Source: Eledone cirrhosa (taxonomy: Eukaryota). Taken from it: a stretch of DNA of 64,000 nt. Position 1 is the stretch's first letter, and each line of letters begins with the position of its first letter. Positions 10,941 through 24,423 of this stretch are shown one piece after another. A program made the position numbers and the translations under genes. The stretch lies in contig OZ024740.1 of assembly GCA_964016885.1 (NCBI GenBank), positions 358,050,001-358,114,000 on the forward strand. Direction: 5' to 3'. The notes below the pieces were generated by a model. The model did no database searches and had not been told where the DNA came from. It worked only from the letters and a program-made list of their open reading frames with translations.

Positions 10941-13414
10941 GGGCCCCCTTTAAAATATGTAGTGACCCATACCATTCACTGAAATCATACTAAAACATTT
11001 TCCCGAGGGCCGGAACCCCCCTGTACATACCCCCTGAAGTTGAGGATGGTCGAAAAGAAGGAAAAGTCCGCTATTATTGCACCTATACTCGATATTATTT
11101 CGTCACAATGGCGGTTTTTGGGGTCGATAAACTCATTTATGGTATTGTTTTTGCATTATGACCATCCAATATGCCGGAAATCCAGGATAGCGACCAAAAT
11201 CCAAGATGGCGACCAAAATTCGATATGACGGATACAATAATTTTTCACTGCGAGAGTTATGTTTTCTCATGTAATAAATAGTTTCTCATGTTTAACATCT
11301 ACCGAATTCGTTATTGCTTCGTTCTTTAGCCGAACCTGTATTTCCCCGTGATCTCACATGCACCATATCTTTCGTACTTTCAGATTAACGTCCAATTTTA
11401 GAAATGGCATACAGGCACACAAAATTACCATTACGATCGTCCGCGAAGAAGATTCTCGGTGAACTGGAATATGTGGAAACTGCAGGATTCCCCAAAAAGG
11501 AATGTTATCACGAACATGATGTATCTAATGCGACCATCACGAGCAGGCCAGAGTCAGAGACCAAAAGAAGAAGCATCATTGTCCCTCTCATATGTGCTAT
11601 CAGAACACTGTATTTTCTGTAACGTATATACAGTGACGATAAAACATATAAAACGGAAAATACTTCAATTATATGCAGAATTTCAACGACTATATCAAAC
11701 GAGGATGAACAGGAGAAATGAAAAATACTTGGAGGAGGTTAAAAAATTTAACAACGAAGTGGATTATATATTTGATATATTGTGCGAGAACGCCGTAGTG
11801 AGGAAGAGACTAGAAAAGTACCACGGAGTCAGCATGACGGACGATGAGTGGGAATTCCTTCACGATCAGCGCAAGGACCGTGAAATGTTTTGTGAGAATT
11901 TCATAGATAAAAAGTGGGAAAAGACAATGAAAAGGAGGAAAAGTGACATTGAATCTTTGGAGAGACAGATGCAGAGAGCTGAAAAAGAGCAAGAAATGAT
12001 CCAATTATTTATGGATGTGTCTTCGGACTCTACCGAAGACAACGAACAAGTTGCGGACGTTGATTTCTCATCTGACAGTGCTCCGTCGGTTCCTAAGAAG
12101 CGTAATGTTGTGGCATCATTGGACTTCGGAGATGATCTTCTACCCCCATGTTTCAGACACCTACGAATCAGTGAGAGGATAATAAAGCCGGAAGTATACG
12201 AAACTATCGATGAACTGAAATCCATAACTCATATGTCTGAAAATCAGGCTAATGCCACGATGTTGTTGGAAATAAATTGTTTGACAGGAAATGGAAGTTA
12301 CATAACGAAATCGACGTGATCGATCTCGATACTTTACCTCATAAACGTAATATTCGAGAGAGCGGAAAAAGTATTGAAATGATGGCACTGGACTGCATAG
12401 TTAAGGAAATCATGTCTTCAGATACCAACAGCGTGATTACCTATCACGACGACGGGTCCAAAAAAACAAGGTGTTGGATCTTTCAGTGTACAGGGCATGA
12501 CAGTTGGTGGAAAGTACAGAGCGCTTCCTACGTTACCGATAGCGTCTGAATCGCGACAGAACTTGAGTGATTTAAAATTGGCTGTTTTGTCCATACTAGA
12601 AGCTGCAAGTGAGGTACCCGTCAAATTGCTCTTCGAAAAAATTGATTTTGTGATAACTGATCAGACATCCCACAATTTCGGAAGTTGAGGCGATCCTAGC
12701 TGAAAAACTAAAGAGTGAACACGTTCCAGACCCCCTTTTCTGTAATGTTCATCCTTCCCTCATGTTCAACAGGGTTTTGACGAAGCTATGGTCTGAAATT
12801 GAAAACGAAATTGGTAGAGACAAAATCTTCTCGAGTTTTCTCGTGAATGCAACTACTAATGCCTCAAGCGTCACAGAGCAAGCCCTCAACTGTATAACAA
12901 GATTGATATGCTATGATTTCGACCACAAAAATTGGAACAAAGCGAATGACTTTGACTCGTTTATACATCCACGCAAAAACAAGTCAATTTCATTGAAAGA
13001 TGAACGGTTCAATCGGCTTACCATAAATCATGCATAATAATTTTTTCAAGCCATAGACTAGAGTTAAGCTCATTTTGTCTTCGGAAATGCGTTTAAAATA
13101 TGCCATTCATGAAAAATTATATATTAGTGAATATAGTTGGTTCAATAACAGTTTCCCATATCCGTCATCCTGGATTTCCGGCATATTGGATGGTCGTAAT
13201 GCAAAAGCAATACCATAAATGAGTTTATCGACCCAAAAAACCACCCTTGTGACGAAAAAATATCGAGTATAGGTGCAATAATAGCGGACTTTTCCTTCTT
13301 TTCGACCATCCTCAACTTCAGGAGGTATGTACAGGGGGGTTCCGGCCCGCGGGAAAATTTTTTAGTATGATTTCAGTGAATGGTATGGGTCACTACATAT
13401 TTTAAAGGGGGCCC
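10941..13414 (+). mobile_element. DNA transposon with ~250-bp TIRs, internally deleted
   Basis: 10941-11188 is the near-exact reverse complement of 13167-13414 (GGGCCCCCTTTAAAATATGTAGTGACCC...); encloses a transposase pseudogene; no TSD seen. Confidence 0.92.
11404..13037 (+). pseudogene. frameshifted DDE transposase of the CxxH (hAT/P/MULE-like) group, C-terminus missing
   Basis: Five overlapping or adjacent ORFs (11404, 11459, 12277, 12497, 12762) join into one protein with FDI..EFLHDQR, ITYHDDGSKK (D1), DFVITDQTSHN (D2), LFCNVH (CxxH) and ERFNRL. Confidence 0.8.
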
Positions 13415-13534
13415 TGCAGATATGTAAATTACCCCCCCCCCCCCCCCCCAATATAAATATGGGACACACATCGTCATTCGGTTGACTCTATGCATGGAAC
13501 AGGACTGTCCCATAAGGGCTGGCCTAGGGCTACA

Positions 13535-13862
13535 TAATAACACGACCACTAAAACAACCACCACCATCGCTTACAACAACAACGTCATAATCATTAACAT
13601 ACTATCAAACAAAATAACACCCCCATACAACCACTATCATCACCACTACCACATACAACAACATAACCATTACCATGTCAACCGGCACAGTATCACCATC
13701 ATCCCCTATCGCTTCCACCCCCACTAATACTACTATTACCATTAAACTAAACTCCTCTCTGCCATCACCATAATCATTACACTCAACACCGTAACTAACA
13801 TAACCACACTTACCATCACCACAAACATTAACGCAAACATCACAATCCATTGCTACCATTAC
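13535..13862. repeat. degenerate (ACC/ATC/AAC)n trinucleotide region
   Basis: Period-3 CA-rich sequence. Confidence 0.7.
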
Positions 13863-14214
13863 TGTGTATTTATTTATATTTTATCAATTTTAATTTGATT
13901 CTTCTCTTTACCTGTCCATCTTGTGTGTGACTAGTTATGTCAGGTGTTGAAGGTAAATTGACAAAAATGACTATATAAGAATGTCACATAGAGGAAAAAA
14001 AAACAACAAAATCTTAACGTGGTAAAAGTATTTTTCGAAAGAAGAGGCCAGATGTCCTGTTAATGATTCATTACCCTACTTCACACACGGACACACACAC
14101 ATCCACGCGCGTGCAAACACACAGATATGAACATACACACATGCATCCACAGACACGCACACACATACATGTAATCACATACACGCACATCCACACACAA
14201 CACACAAACAGAGT

Positions 14215-14273
<59 letters not shown>

Positions 14274-14308
14274 GAAAAGTATAGAAATTATTGTAGCAAG
14301 AAGCCAAC

Positions 14309-14353
<45 letters not shown>

Positions 14354-15749
14354 CGTGTGTGTGTCTATATATATATATAAGTGCTGCTTCATCCATGAAT
14401 GCAAAGCATGCAATGTACGCCGAAGATTCTTGGAAGAAACAAAGCAAGTAAAACAATAACAGCGACAACGTTTTTTTCTTATAGTAGAAATTCTAATGTA
14501 TACACAAACAGAACTTGCTTCTAACCATATCCGTTAGCCAAAGGCTTGGTAACAAACCTTTCACCTGATTCGTGTCTTGGAATTCAGTAGTTAATCAGTA
14601 GTTAATTTAAGTAGGTATTGTTTTAATATTTTAATTTACTTCCTTGTTGTTTGAAATTATTTACATGTTACGCGGTTAGTTTACACATTTCTTTTATTCA
14701 AAAGCAAAAAACAAAACTTATTTAGTAAGAAAAAAAGGGGGGAAACAAAGGAAAGAAAGAATAAGGAAAAAGAGAAAGAAAAAAAGAGAGAAAGAAAGAA
14801 GTAAAAGAACAGGTAAGGAAGGAGATGGCAAGAGCTCTGGTGTCACAGAAAAGAAGGGGGAGGGGTATTGGGCTATATGCCTAGGGCAAGGAGGAAGGAG
14901 TGCTGCGCCTCGTGAACAAGGCGGCAAAAGCATTCCCCCGGACAATGGCCAATGACAACCGCTGTAACAGCCACACAGCCTCACGGGGCTCCCTCCTCAG
15001 ACGAGCCGATTTTACGGAGGAGCTCGACAGTACGGGGTCCAAGTACGCCTGAGGTCTCGACGGCGACCGGTGCGAAGGGGAAGCGGCCGAAAAAAACCCC
15101 GGTATTTGTTTATTCTACGTTCTTCTGCGAGGTGGGCCGCGATGCCGGGGTTTGTGGCCGAAGCGACTAAGTTGGAGGCGGAGAACGTGTCGCAGCAGGT
15201 GGCGTCCCAGATGATGGATCTACCTCCTTCGAATAGGAAGAGGATGATTCCGTCGGGGCGCTTGCAAAAGAGTGTCTACCATTATTTTCAACTTTTTAAC
15301 TGTTTGTTATACTTATGTATTGCCTGTAAAGTATTTTTAGTGAAGCCGTTTGGTTCAATTTCTTTTCTTGAAAAGAAAGGCATAGTCACTAGCGGACGGC
15401 CTATTCCGATATTAAACTTGACGAACGCAATAAAAGAATATACAAGAAAATGTAACTCTGAAAGTTATAAAAGCTAGAAATGGTCATGTGGAAATATTTC
15501 TAAATTTAAATCGTATTGTTGGCCATGTCTACTATTTTCATCAGAGAGCTCAGTAAATGAAAGATGCGGAGGTCTAAATTTTCATAATAATTTACAAGTT
15601 TAGGTTAATACAAAAAGCAGGGCGAATCGATTAATATGCTTGATGAGTAGAAATCACTTGCTATTTGCAGACATATCAAATACGTTTTGAAAAGCAGAAA
15701 TATCTTTAAAAGATTAAATAGTGCATGGCGTACATAGATAAACACGATC

Positions 15750-17100
15750 TAGGAAGAGAAGGGGAGGCGTTTATTCAAACCAGAGAGGGCAGAGGTGGAT
15801 GTTTTGTGGGAAAATATAAGGCGCTGTATTTTGTCTCCAATGGAAATGTCGGGCACCGAGGGCTGGTTAATGTGTTGAAATGGTGGACCATTTGAAAGTA
15901 CCAGCTTGCGTGTGACTAAATGTTAGGGAGCTTCTTACTAAATGGTTGTAGATATTCTTATTACTTTTGAAGAATATGAAAAGCAGTGCAAGAATGGTGG
16001 TTGTGGGGTTTGAGTGTAAACATTTGGAAGGCACGCAGGAGTGGAAGTTTCAATAGGAAGGTGACAGAACTAAAAAGCAAGAGAGTAGAATCTGGCCCGT
16101 AGGTGTTCGTATAAAGAGTAAACCAGAAGTAGTGTGGTTTGTGATCTGGGTCGGCTACGTGTTAGATATACAATAGATGGCTGTCACGCTCGATTGAATA
16201 AATGTATTTTCTCAGATTTGAGTCCAAATCGGTGCTGTATGACCGGCAAAGTCGATAGAAATGAAAACATTGGATAGCAGATTTGGTGCGTTTGGGATGA
16301 GAGGAGTAGGGGAGATAGGAGTGAGAATCAAGGAGCTTGTTGAGTTATTTAAAAGCTGACGGAGGTTTCCGATACACAGCAGAAGTGAATTCTAAGGTAG
16401 AGTTAGTACAAGAGATGTTGCTATTGTACTTTTGTGGTTACATCGATGCAATTATCAATAAACTGACTGTATAACGTTAGGGTGGGTCCAATGAAATGGC
16501 CAAAAATCTATACCTCAATGAGGTTTGCATAAAATGGCCAACACTAAAAATGAAGGCAAGTAAAAAGAGAGCGCTGGTATTGGTTAGGGGATGTTAGTCG
16601 GGGAAGTACTTATCGGCTGATAGGTTTACGCTGCAGATTACCACGAAGAAGAGTTTTATATTTCTGGTGAACGGATATTTAGAATATAAAGAGGTTTAGG
16701 GTGGGATTGGTGCCGTTAATGCACTTTGGTAGGGTGGAATGGACGGTTTTTTAGTTGTTTATCAAGTTGTACCAAAAGGAGTTCGGTGGTACAATTCCAA
16801 ACTGCGATAATAAGGTGGCTGGAACTGTTGGGTTTGTGGGTTTGGGTGAAGAAGTAAATGATGGAAGATTAGATTGTAATTACGATGAAGTTAGTGGAAG
16901 AGGAGATGAGTGCATGGAAAATGGTGGAGCACTGTTTCTGGTTGTGGCTGGAAAGGTCATTAGGTCGCTTGTTGTAGGAGAGAAGGGTGTTGAGTTGGAA
17001 GAACGCTTCTTGCTTGTAGAAATCGATCCCCCTAACCACCATAGTACTGCATTGTCTGCCAATCTGATATTGATATCATCCCGGTTACCGAATTTCGGAT
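15750..17100 (-). pseudogene. highly decayed Penelope-like element
   Basis: Minus-strand remnants in the expected order: QFIDNCI (RT YIDD-like), LEFT, DSHSYLPYSSHPKRTKSAI (thumb), NHLVRSSL..AGTFK, GLN. Confidence 0.6.
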
Positions 17101-17517
17101 AGAGTTGAGTTACGATAGGGAAGTTTTAACCTCCGGTGCCATTAAAAAAATTATGAAAGACAGCAAAATCTAGCGGCACTTGTTAACAATATCTTCTGTA
17201 TCCACGCTCTCATAGACTAAAGACAAAGAAAATCTATTCTCGTCGGGAACACTTATTCCAACAGTATACAAATTCAAGAAACTTTACACTTTAACTACAC
17301 ATGTAAGTGTACATGTGTGTATTGTACACACACATACTCACACATATATAGTAAATACAAATTCAAAATGTCAAAATCCAAAGAGTCGATAAACACGTCA
17401 CACACACATATATATATATTACACTAAACTTATATATATATATATATATATATATATAAGAAAGTTTCGCTCGACATGGCTGAATACAATAAATATAATC
17501 TGAGTTTTTCGAATATT

Positions 17518-17709
17518 AATAATTGTTTCTACTTTTGGCACAAGGTCAGCAATTACCCAGTGCATTACTGGTACTTTATTTTATCGACCCCGGAAGGATG
17601 AAAGGCAAAGTTAACCTCGGCGGGATTTGAAATCAGATCATACAGGGAGGTAACTCTATGCTTCAAAGCATGGCATCCGACCCTCTACCGATACTGCCAA
17701 TCCACCGCC
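17518..17709 (-). mobile_element. SINE family 1, short variant
   Basis: Head-to-tail match to the family; GCACTGGG joins directly to TAATTGCTG, lacking the internal segment present in long copies. Confidence 0.9.
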
Positions 17710-17753
17710 TAACAAAATTATAACGAACCAATAAGGAAACAATACTAAGGGAA

Positions 17754-17922
17754 ATAATTGTTTCTACTATTGGCACAAGGCCAGCATTACTGGTACTTTA
17801 TTTTATCGACCGCGTATGGATGAAAGGCAAGGTTAACCTCGGCGGGATTTGAACTCAGAATGGCAACGGCCGTAACTCTATGGTGGAAAGCATGGCGTAC
17901 GACCCTCTACCAATACTGCCAA
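17754..17922 (-). mobile_element. SINE family 1, short variant
   Basis: Family match; perfect 18-bp TSD AATACTAAGGGAAATAAT. Confidence 0.9.
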
Positions 17923-17983
17923 TTGAATACTAAGGGAAATAATACTACATATAATGATATAAGGATAATTATTTGTAACATCA

Positions 17984-18769
17984 TCTATATATATAAAACA
18001 GAGGATGTCTGTGTGTCTGTTTCCCTAAAACTCGAGAAGTACCCAACCGGTTTTTTTCAAACTTTAAACATGTAACTCGTATGACCCCGGAAGTGTTTTG
18101 AGTAAAAAATATTTCAAATTTTCAATGCCCTAGGGACCGCATTAGGCGATTTAGCGATCTCTTTCTCTTTCTCTTAGTCTTTCTCTTTTTAGATAGATAC
18201 ATAGATATGACGTCGCGCCTTCATAATATCTGTCTGTATGCCTGACTGTCTGCATTACGTCATTATGACGCGATCAGTGTGTGTGTGTATATATATTCTT
18301 ATGCCAGGGAACGTCTTCACGAACCAAAGTATCGTCTTCCTGTTTTCCAGATTGATTTTTTTAGTTTAAGAAGATCCCGTTAAGGTTGAAAGCAGCGATT
18401 CTTTGCTTAAACATTAATATGTTATTTTAATATAGATATTCGTGTACAAATATTTTTGCATACACAAAAACAAAATATAAACAAACAAGGCCAAAGATTA
18501 CATCAATTAGTCTTAGTGTATTGCATACTGCTTTTAGGTAGAATATCCCGTTAAGGGTGAAAGCAGTGATTCTTTGCTTAAACTTTAGTCTGTTATTTTA
18601 ATATATATATATATATATAATTATATATTTATGGACCGATATTTTTGCATACACAATAACAAAATATAAACAAACGTATTTATTTCACGAGGTTCGATAA
18701 GGATAAATATATATCAAATATATAAGAACCCTATAGCAAATCCCGAGCAACGCCGGGCCATTCTGCTAG
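17984..18769 (+). mobile_element. non-autonomous Helitron
   Basis: A|TCTATATATATAAAA start; 3' hairpin CCCGAGCAACGCCGGG then CTAG|T; no TSD; internal direct repeat at about 18372-18490 / 18541-18675. Confidence 0.85.
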
Positions 18770-18792
18770 TAATTACTAAAGTTGATGCTAGA

Positions 18793-19093
18793 CATCCGTC
18801 GATTCTGACGAGTATTCCAGTTGTTTGATCAACGGATAAGCCTGCTCGTGAAATTAACGTGCATGAAGCTGCACATTCCACAGACACACGTAACCTTAAT
18901 TTAGTTCTCAGGAAGATTCAGCATGACACAAGTGCAAAAAAAATGGTCTCTCGAATTGCAGGTACAACTCATTTTTTTGTCAGCTGAATCAACTGGAACT
19001 ACATGAAATAAAGTATCCTGTTCAAGGACATAAAGCATTACTAGGAATCGAACTCGTCGTGAACCGAACGCCACAATCACTAAACCCCGCATC
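18793..19093 (-). mobile_element. SINE family 2 (tRNA head, CORE-like body)
   Basis: Minus strand: GAGTTCGATTCC B box, then GTCCTTGAACAGGATACTTTATTTCA..CAGCTG resembling the CORE domain; homologous to 2425-2690. Confidence 0.65.
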
Positions 19094-19382
19094 TTGACAA
19101 TTAGTAAGTTATATATGTAATCACGAAATAACTAACATGACAATCCTTACAATATCATGTCTTAAATTTGTTAAATGCAATAATTATCTCTTATTTGTAT
19201 GTCATAATATATGTCAAAATATTTCATCACACTTCTATCATACGACCTGATCACTTTATAATCATCAATTTTGAATCGTTATTTTATCTTAATCCGGAAA
19301 CCTTCTCAACAAAAAGTCATATGTGCCTTTCATTTCCAACTATTCAAGCATCTATTTCTTTTTATTATTTCTAAATTTATTA

Positions 19383-19532
19383 GGTCAATGAATTGTCAGA
19401 ATCGGTAGAGCGTCGAACAACCCTTTACATTCTGAATTCAAATCCTGCCGCGGTTAGCTTTGCCTTTCATCCTTACGGGGTCGATAAAATAATTTAATCG
19501 ACTCTCCCCTCCTCCAAAATTGCTGGTCAGCA
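19383..19532 (+). mobile_element. SINE family 1 with internal deletions
   Basis: TTTGCCTTTCATCCTTACGGGGTCGATAAAAT. Confidence 0.75.
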
Positions 19533-20434
19533 TTCATTATTTATAAATTTATTTACCTTTCCCCTATTTCTTAAATACTTTTAGTTATTTAATGATTTTT
19601 AGAATTATTTATTATATATATTTTAATTAATATGAATATATACTTAACTATTATTAATATTTACTAAATTCTTTCTTTATCCTTCCAAACTTCTTCCCCT
19701 TTGCATTTTGTTTAATCTCAGTATCTCTCTATCGTTTCATTTAACTAAAAAGGGGGACTTTTGTTGGTTTTTGCGACGAACGCTTCCGTTTTCAATCACT
19801 TGAACTAGCCCCTGTTGAATTCTGCTGTAAATGACTAAATATGCAACAAACACATGTAATGTTAACAGGTAATGTTAACGCAGGTTGAATCAACATAACA
19901 CAGTGTTTGGCATCTCCAGGCCATTTCATTTGCATGTACACCCCATCCGACGAGTGTGCACGCACCTTCTCTTTACTCAATATCACTTACTAGCTTATGT
20001 GGAGTTCTAGCTATCTTTTTCTTATCTAAGTAGTCTTGCAAACTATCAATTACTTATTCTATTACAACTATTCTATGATTTTGATTTTATATCACGATTT
20101 TTATTTTCATTTTTTAAAAAGCTATTACATAGTTCGTTATCTATGTTGTATTTTTAGCCAGTCATAGATCTCTTAGATTAAATTACATTTTCAGGCGAAG
20201 TACTGGGTTAACGGAATACCCCCCCCCCCCCCGAAAAAAACAACAACAACAACAAAAAACAACCCAACAAAAAACAAACAAACACAACTGTGGTAAATGG
20301 TAAATATTTGAACAAGAAAATACAGGCAGATTGGAAATAACCCAAGAAAAATCAGATTGAAAGTTGATACTGAAATATTCTTGATTGCAGCAGACGATCA
20401 AAGCCTTTCCATTCGAAGCCACGAAAGTATTTAA

Positions 20435-21841
20435 TTTCGTCGCTCTGCGCGCATCTCGGGCAGGTCCGTCTGACAGCACCTCCGTGCCTGTAGAGTTTAT
20501 CTCGAACCAGCAGGGCCCACCGGTAGCACTTCCAAGCGAGGGATTTTTGGAAATTATCCATCGTCCCCGGCTCGAAAGTGCTCCGGAACAGACTGGTTAG
20601 TTCGACTTCGTCGACGTCCAGAGGCTCTCCGATTGCGTCGTCGCACTTGCCCACCACTAATCCTCTATAGAACTCGAGAGTGGAAGTTCCACTGACCGCA
20701 TTTCCTGCTTGGTAGAGGGCAGTGAGCGCATGGCAACATTCCAGATGCCAGTCACCCAGTCTCGGTCTCTTCTTGACCCAGGACTGCAGCTCAGTCAAAG
20801 AGACGAGCTGCGGAAAGGCCCGTCTGACAAACGGCGACCACACCTGTTCAATCGTTTAGGCAGAATATCTGGAGATGCCGCAGCCTCAGCGCGTGTCTGC
20901 GCATCATTAGCCACGGCATGCCCAGCCATCCACATAGAGGGTGAAGCAGCAGATGGACCGCCTCACCAACGGAACCTGACCCCTCCACAAGAATTTGAAT
21001 TGGAGCCGCTCCAAGATGGTGAGGCGTGAACGGGAGCAAGGGACGACGGCCAGACGGTAGTAGATGACGCACGCGATGTACGCGTTCGCCACCTCCGCCC
21101 GACCTTTCAGTGATAGCTTTCTCGCGGCCCATTTCTGGGTGAGACTGACTACCCTGCCCGTCACCTCGTCCCAATTATTATCCACCTGGAGGTTTGGCCC
21201 GAACCAAACCCCGAGAAACTTTACCGGTCCGTCCGTCCAACGCCTAACGACGCTGTTGAACGGCATGGACTTTCCTCTCCAGGTGCCGAATTGCAAGCCC
21301 ACCGACTTTTCCGGGTTAATTTTTGCTCCCGTCAACCTTCACGGTGATGTCGTTCGCATAAGCCGACACAGCCTTTCCGCATCCCGGTTCGAGCAGGATG
21401 CCCTGCAACAGCTCCAGCTTCCGCAGTAAAGGTTCAAGAGTCAATACGTACAGAAGAGAGGAGAGGGCACCCTTGACGGACCGATCGGGAGACCTGAAAC
21501 GGTTCCGAGAGGTGGCCATTAATTTTGACCACCGAGCAGGTGCCGCAGTGCATTGCAACGATCCAGCTTTTGAAGACGCGACCGAAGCCAGCTGCCCTGA
21601 GGACAGCCTCCAGGTACCGATGGTCGACCCTATCGAATGCTTTCGATTGATCTAAATTGATCAGAGCCCCACCGAAGCCAGGTTCACACCCTACCCTCTC
21701 CATGATGTATCGCATCAGGTGGAGGTTGTCGTGTATGAACCCGGTTGGGATTGGGCAAGTTTGCGCCTCCCCAACCAAATCCCCGATGACAAGCGACAAC
21801 CTCTTCGCTAACACCTTGGTCAAAATCTTAAACTCTGTGTT
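20435..21841 (-). pseudogene. Tx1/L1-type LINE ORF2 fragment (RT to zinc knuckle)
   Basis: LDQSKAFDRVDH, RQGCPL, SAYAND, WGKSMP, CPRC; colinear with 47490-48951 apart from deletions and frameshifts; 5' junction in (TAG)n/(TA)n. Confidence 0.92.
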
Positions 21842-21858
21842 GACTACTACTACTACTA

Positions 21859-21940
<82 letters not shown>

Positions 21941-21941
<1 letters not shown>

Positions 21942-22168
21942 AAAGTATGATATAATAAAAATTCACTTTAAAATGTTTTTATTGTATGTAGACCACCACA
22001 TATGTTTGACAGTTGATTGACTCGAGATCATCATCAATATGTTGAGACCACCTGTCTGAGCAGCAGATCGATGCTGGTGTCAGGTCTAGCTAATCATCCG
22101 TGAAGCGTATGTAACAATCGATATAGAATAAAACATTTTAAAGTGAAACTTTATTATATCATGCTTCA
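21941..22168. mobile_element. foldback/MITE-like element with ~45-bp inverted ends
   Basis: GTATGATATAATAAAAATTCACTTTAAAATGTTTTTATT versus the reverse complement of AATAAAACATTTTAAAGTGAAACTTTATTATATCATGC. Confidence 0.6.
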
Positions 22169-22949
22169 TATATAGACTCTGGTATAGCATCGAGGGCGCG
22201 CATTGGTTTCGCCTGCAATAATCAACAAAATTGTTAATCGACTAAATCTCTTCAATATGGTGCCCTGGCATGGCCACAGTCCAATGATAGAAATATGTAA
22301 AATCTACTATATATTTGAGTTTGCATGTGTGTATGTATATATGTTTGTATGTATGAATGTGTTTATGTGGGGTAAACGGATTTTATTTAATTTTCACAGA
22401 GGTCAAATGTCTACGTGAAGATGTTCATGCTAAAGTATACAACAAGCTACAGATACTACTTCAACATACAGCTCCCCTGAGTAAATTTCCATAGAAACCA
22501 TAATGGGGCCGATTGACGCTTCATAGGGATGGATCACGGGGAATAAGTAATGGGACATGAGGCACGAGGGAGACATTGTCTGACATAGAATGAACAAAAA
22601 AAGCTGCAAGAAAGGCATTATATGGTGAAAATTGCCCGGTAACAACAGGCTACTCTGCTAGTAATAGAATGAAAGCATAATTGTTATCTTCCATCATCTC
22701 CAACCAGATGCCTCGGTTGCCTTAAAAATGTCAGGGGGACAAACCAACATTTGTTGATTCTTAAAGGAGCATATTAGTATTGCTTTCCTGGACCCGATCA
22801 CATAAGTAAAATTTTACGCTAATTAAATTTTATATATTCAAATGAAGTTCAGATATAAAAAAATATAAGCTTAAAAAGAATTTATTATATCAAATAAACA
22901 AAAAATAAAACATAGACGTTTAAAAAAGTGGGGAGACTTGTCCTCTGGT

Positions 22950-23600
22950 CCCACCCACCCTGAAACAAGACCCTTGTCTCCAACTGTACCCTTATCAGCA
23001 AAGGTCTCTACAAGACATCAGAACCAGATGTCGACCGGTAACTCGAGTCAGCTCTGGCTGTTTCAGTTGACGATGGCCTTACTGTTCTCCCGTATATAGG
23101 TCATTATTGCAGCTGCAACGACATCGAGTGCAGGTCAGACTTCATGCGGATCATGTCTTCCCTGAACCAACATTATCTCGCCCTCATCAACTAGTACCCT
23201 TCGTGATGATGAGGACACGTGCATCGGAGTGGTCCAGCACCTTGGCCTCCGTGTGCATAAACCATATAAATACCGCTGTGGCGTCACAGTCGACGAGTTC
23301 GGACTACACCCTAGAATGCAGGTCAGTTCTCCCGACACACCTCTTTGAACGACATCACCAGAGGTGGGTGCCATGACGCAGCCAGTTTTCCATCACAACT
23401 GCCGGTCACAACCGTGGTAAAGATACGTACTTAGATGGGATAATCCTTGTCGATTAGGCCACAAACCCGGGTACACCCGCCCGTAATACGGAGAAGAGAA
23501 AGATTTCCAAATAATGGGACTTGACTAACCACTTCCTTTTCGTGATGGCCATCAGCGAGACTTTCGGTGTACTTGGTCACTGAAGTGCTGTTTTACTCCA
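22950..23600 (-). pseudogene. possible decayed Tx1-type ORF1 relic
   Basis: GC-richer segment; minus-strand pieces CDATAVFIWF..EAK and PALDVVAAAIMTYIRENSKAIV weakly resemble ORF1 segments CATVDVLF..EAK and PSWLAASVLVGIEDKTTVL. Confidence 0.3.
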
Positions 23601-24190
23601 CAAAATTGGGAGGAGTGCATTCTGCCTGAGGAAGGTAGCAGGTATTTGATTTTTTCTCCGTGAGAATTTCATCGCCACTTTGTCCGAGAGTTTAGCTGAG
23701 ATATACCACTTAGACTGGGATGTAGCGTTTGTCGCTCCCTTTCTCTCCCCTTTGCTATTTATTTTTTTCTATTCTTTAACATAAATGAGTCAACAAAATA
23801 ACATTTCTTTTGTTCGCTTGCTACCCAAGCCACAACAGTCTCATACAAGCAATTAAACTTATATTATCCAACTTAAAAAACAAGACAAGTAAATATATAT
23901 ATATATATATATATATATAACACCAACTTCGTTTAACTATTATCGTGTGTGCGTGTGTATGTGTGTGTGTGTGTGCGTGTGTGTGTGTTGTTGTTCGGTT
24001 GCTATTTTCAGGTCAGATACTTTGTTTACATACCAGTGGTTTATTCAAGCAGAGCCAACAAACAGCATTGTAGAAACGTAGTAGTAATAATAACAACGGT
24101 GACGATGACAACGATAACAACGACGACGGCAACAGCTGTAACAAAAACAGCGACGATGAGGACAACAGCAATAACGACAACGACAACAAG

Positions 24191-24405
24191 AATAATAATG
24201 GTTTCTTAGGGCAGCAATTTTTTAGGGGTGGGCAAAGTTGATTAAATCGAGCCCAGTGCCTGACTGGTACTTTATTTTATCGACCCCATAAGGATGAAAG
24301 GCAAAGTTAACCTCGGCGGGATTTGAACTCAGAACGTAAAGGGTCATAACTTTATGCTGCAAAGCATGGTGTCTGACGCTCTCCCGATACTGCCAATCCA
24401 CCGCC
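24191..24405 (-). mobile_element. SINE family 1, long variant
   Basis: Family match with a small deletion in the tail. Confidence 0.88.
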
Positions 24406-24423
24406 TGTAACAACAACAATAAT

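Noticed and set aside
15490-15552. Hammerhead-like CUGAUGA..GAAA downstream of the Penelope relic
   Set aside because: Stems I and III cannot be formed.
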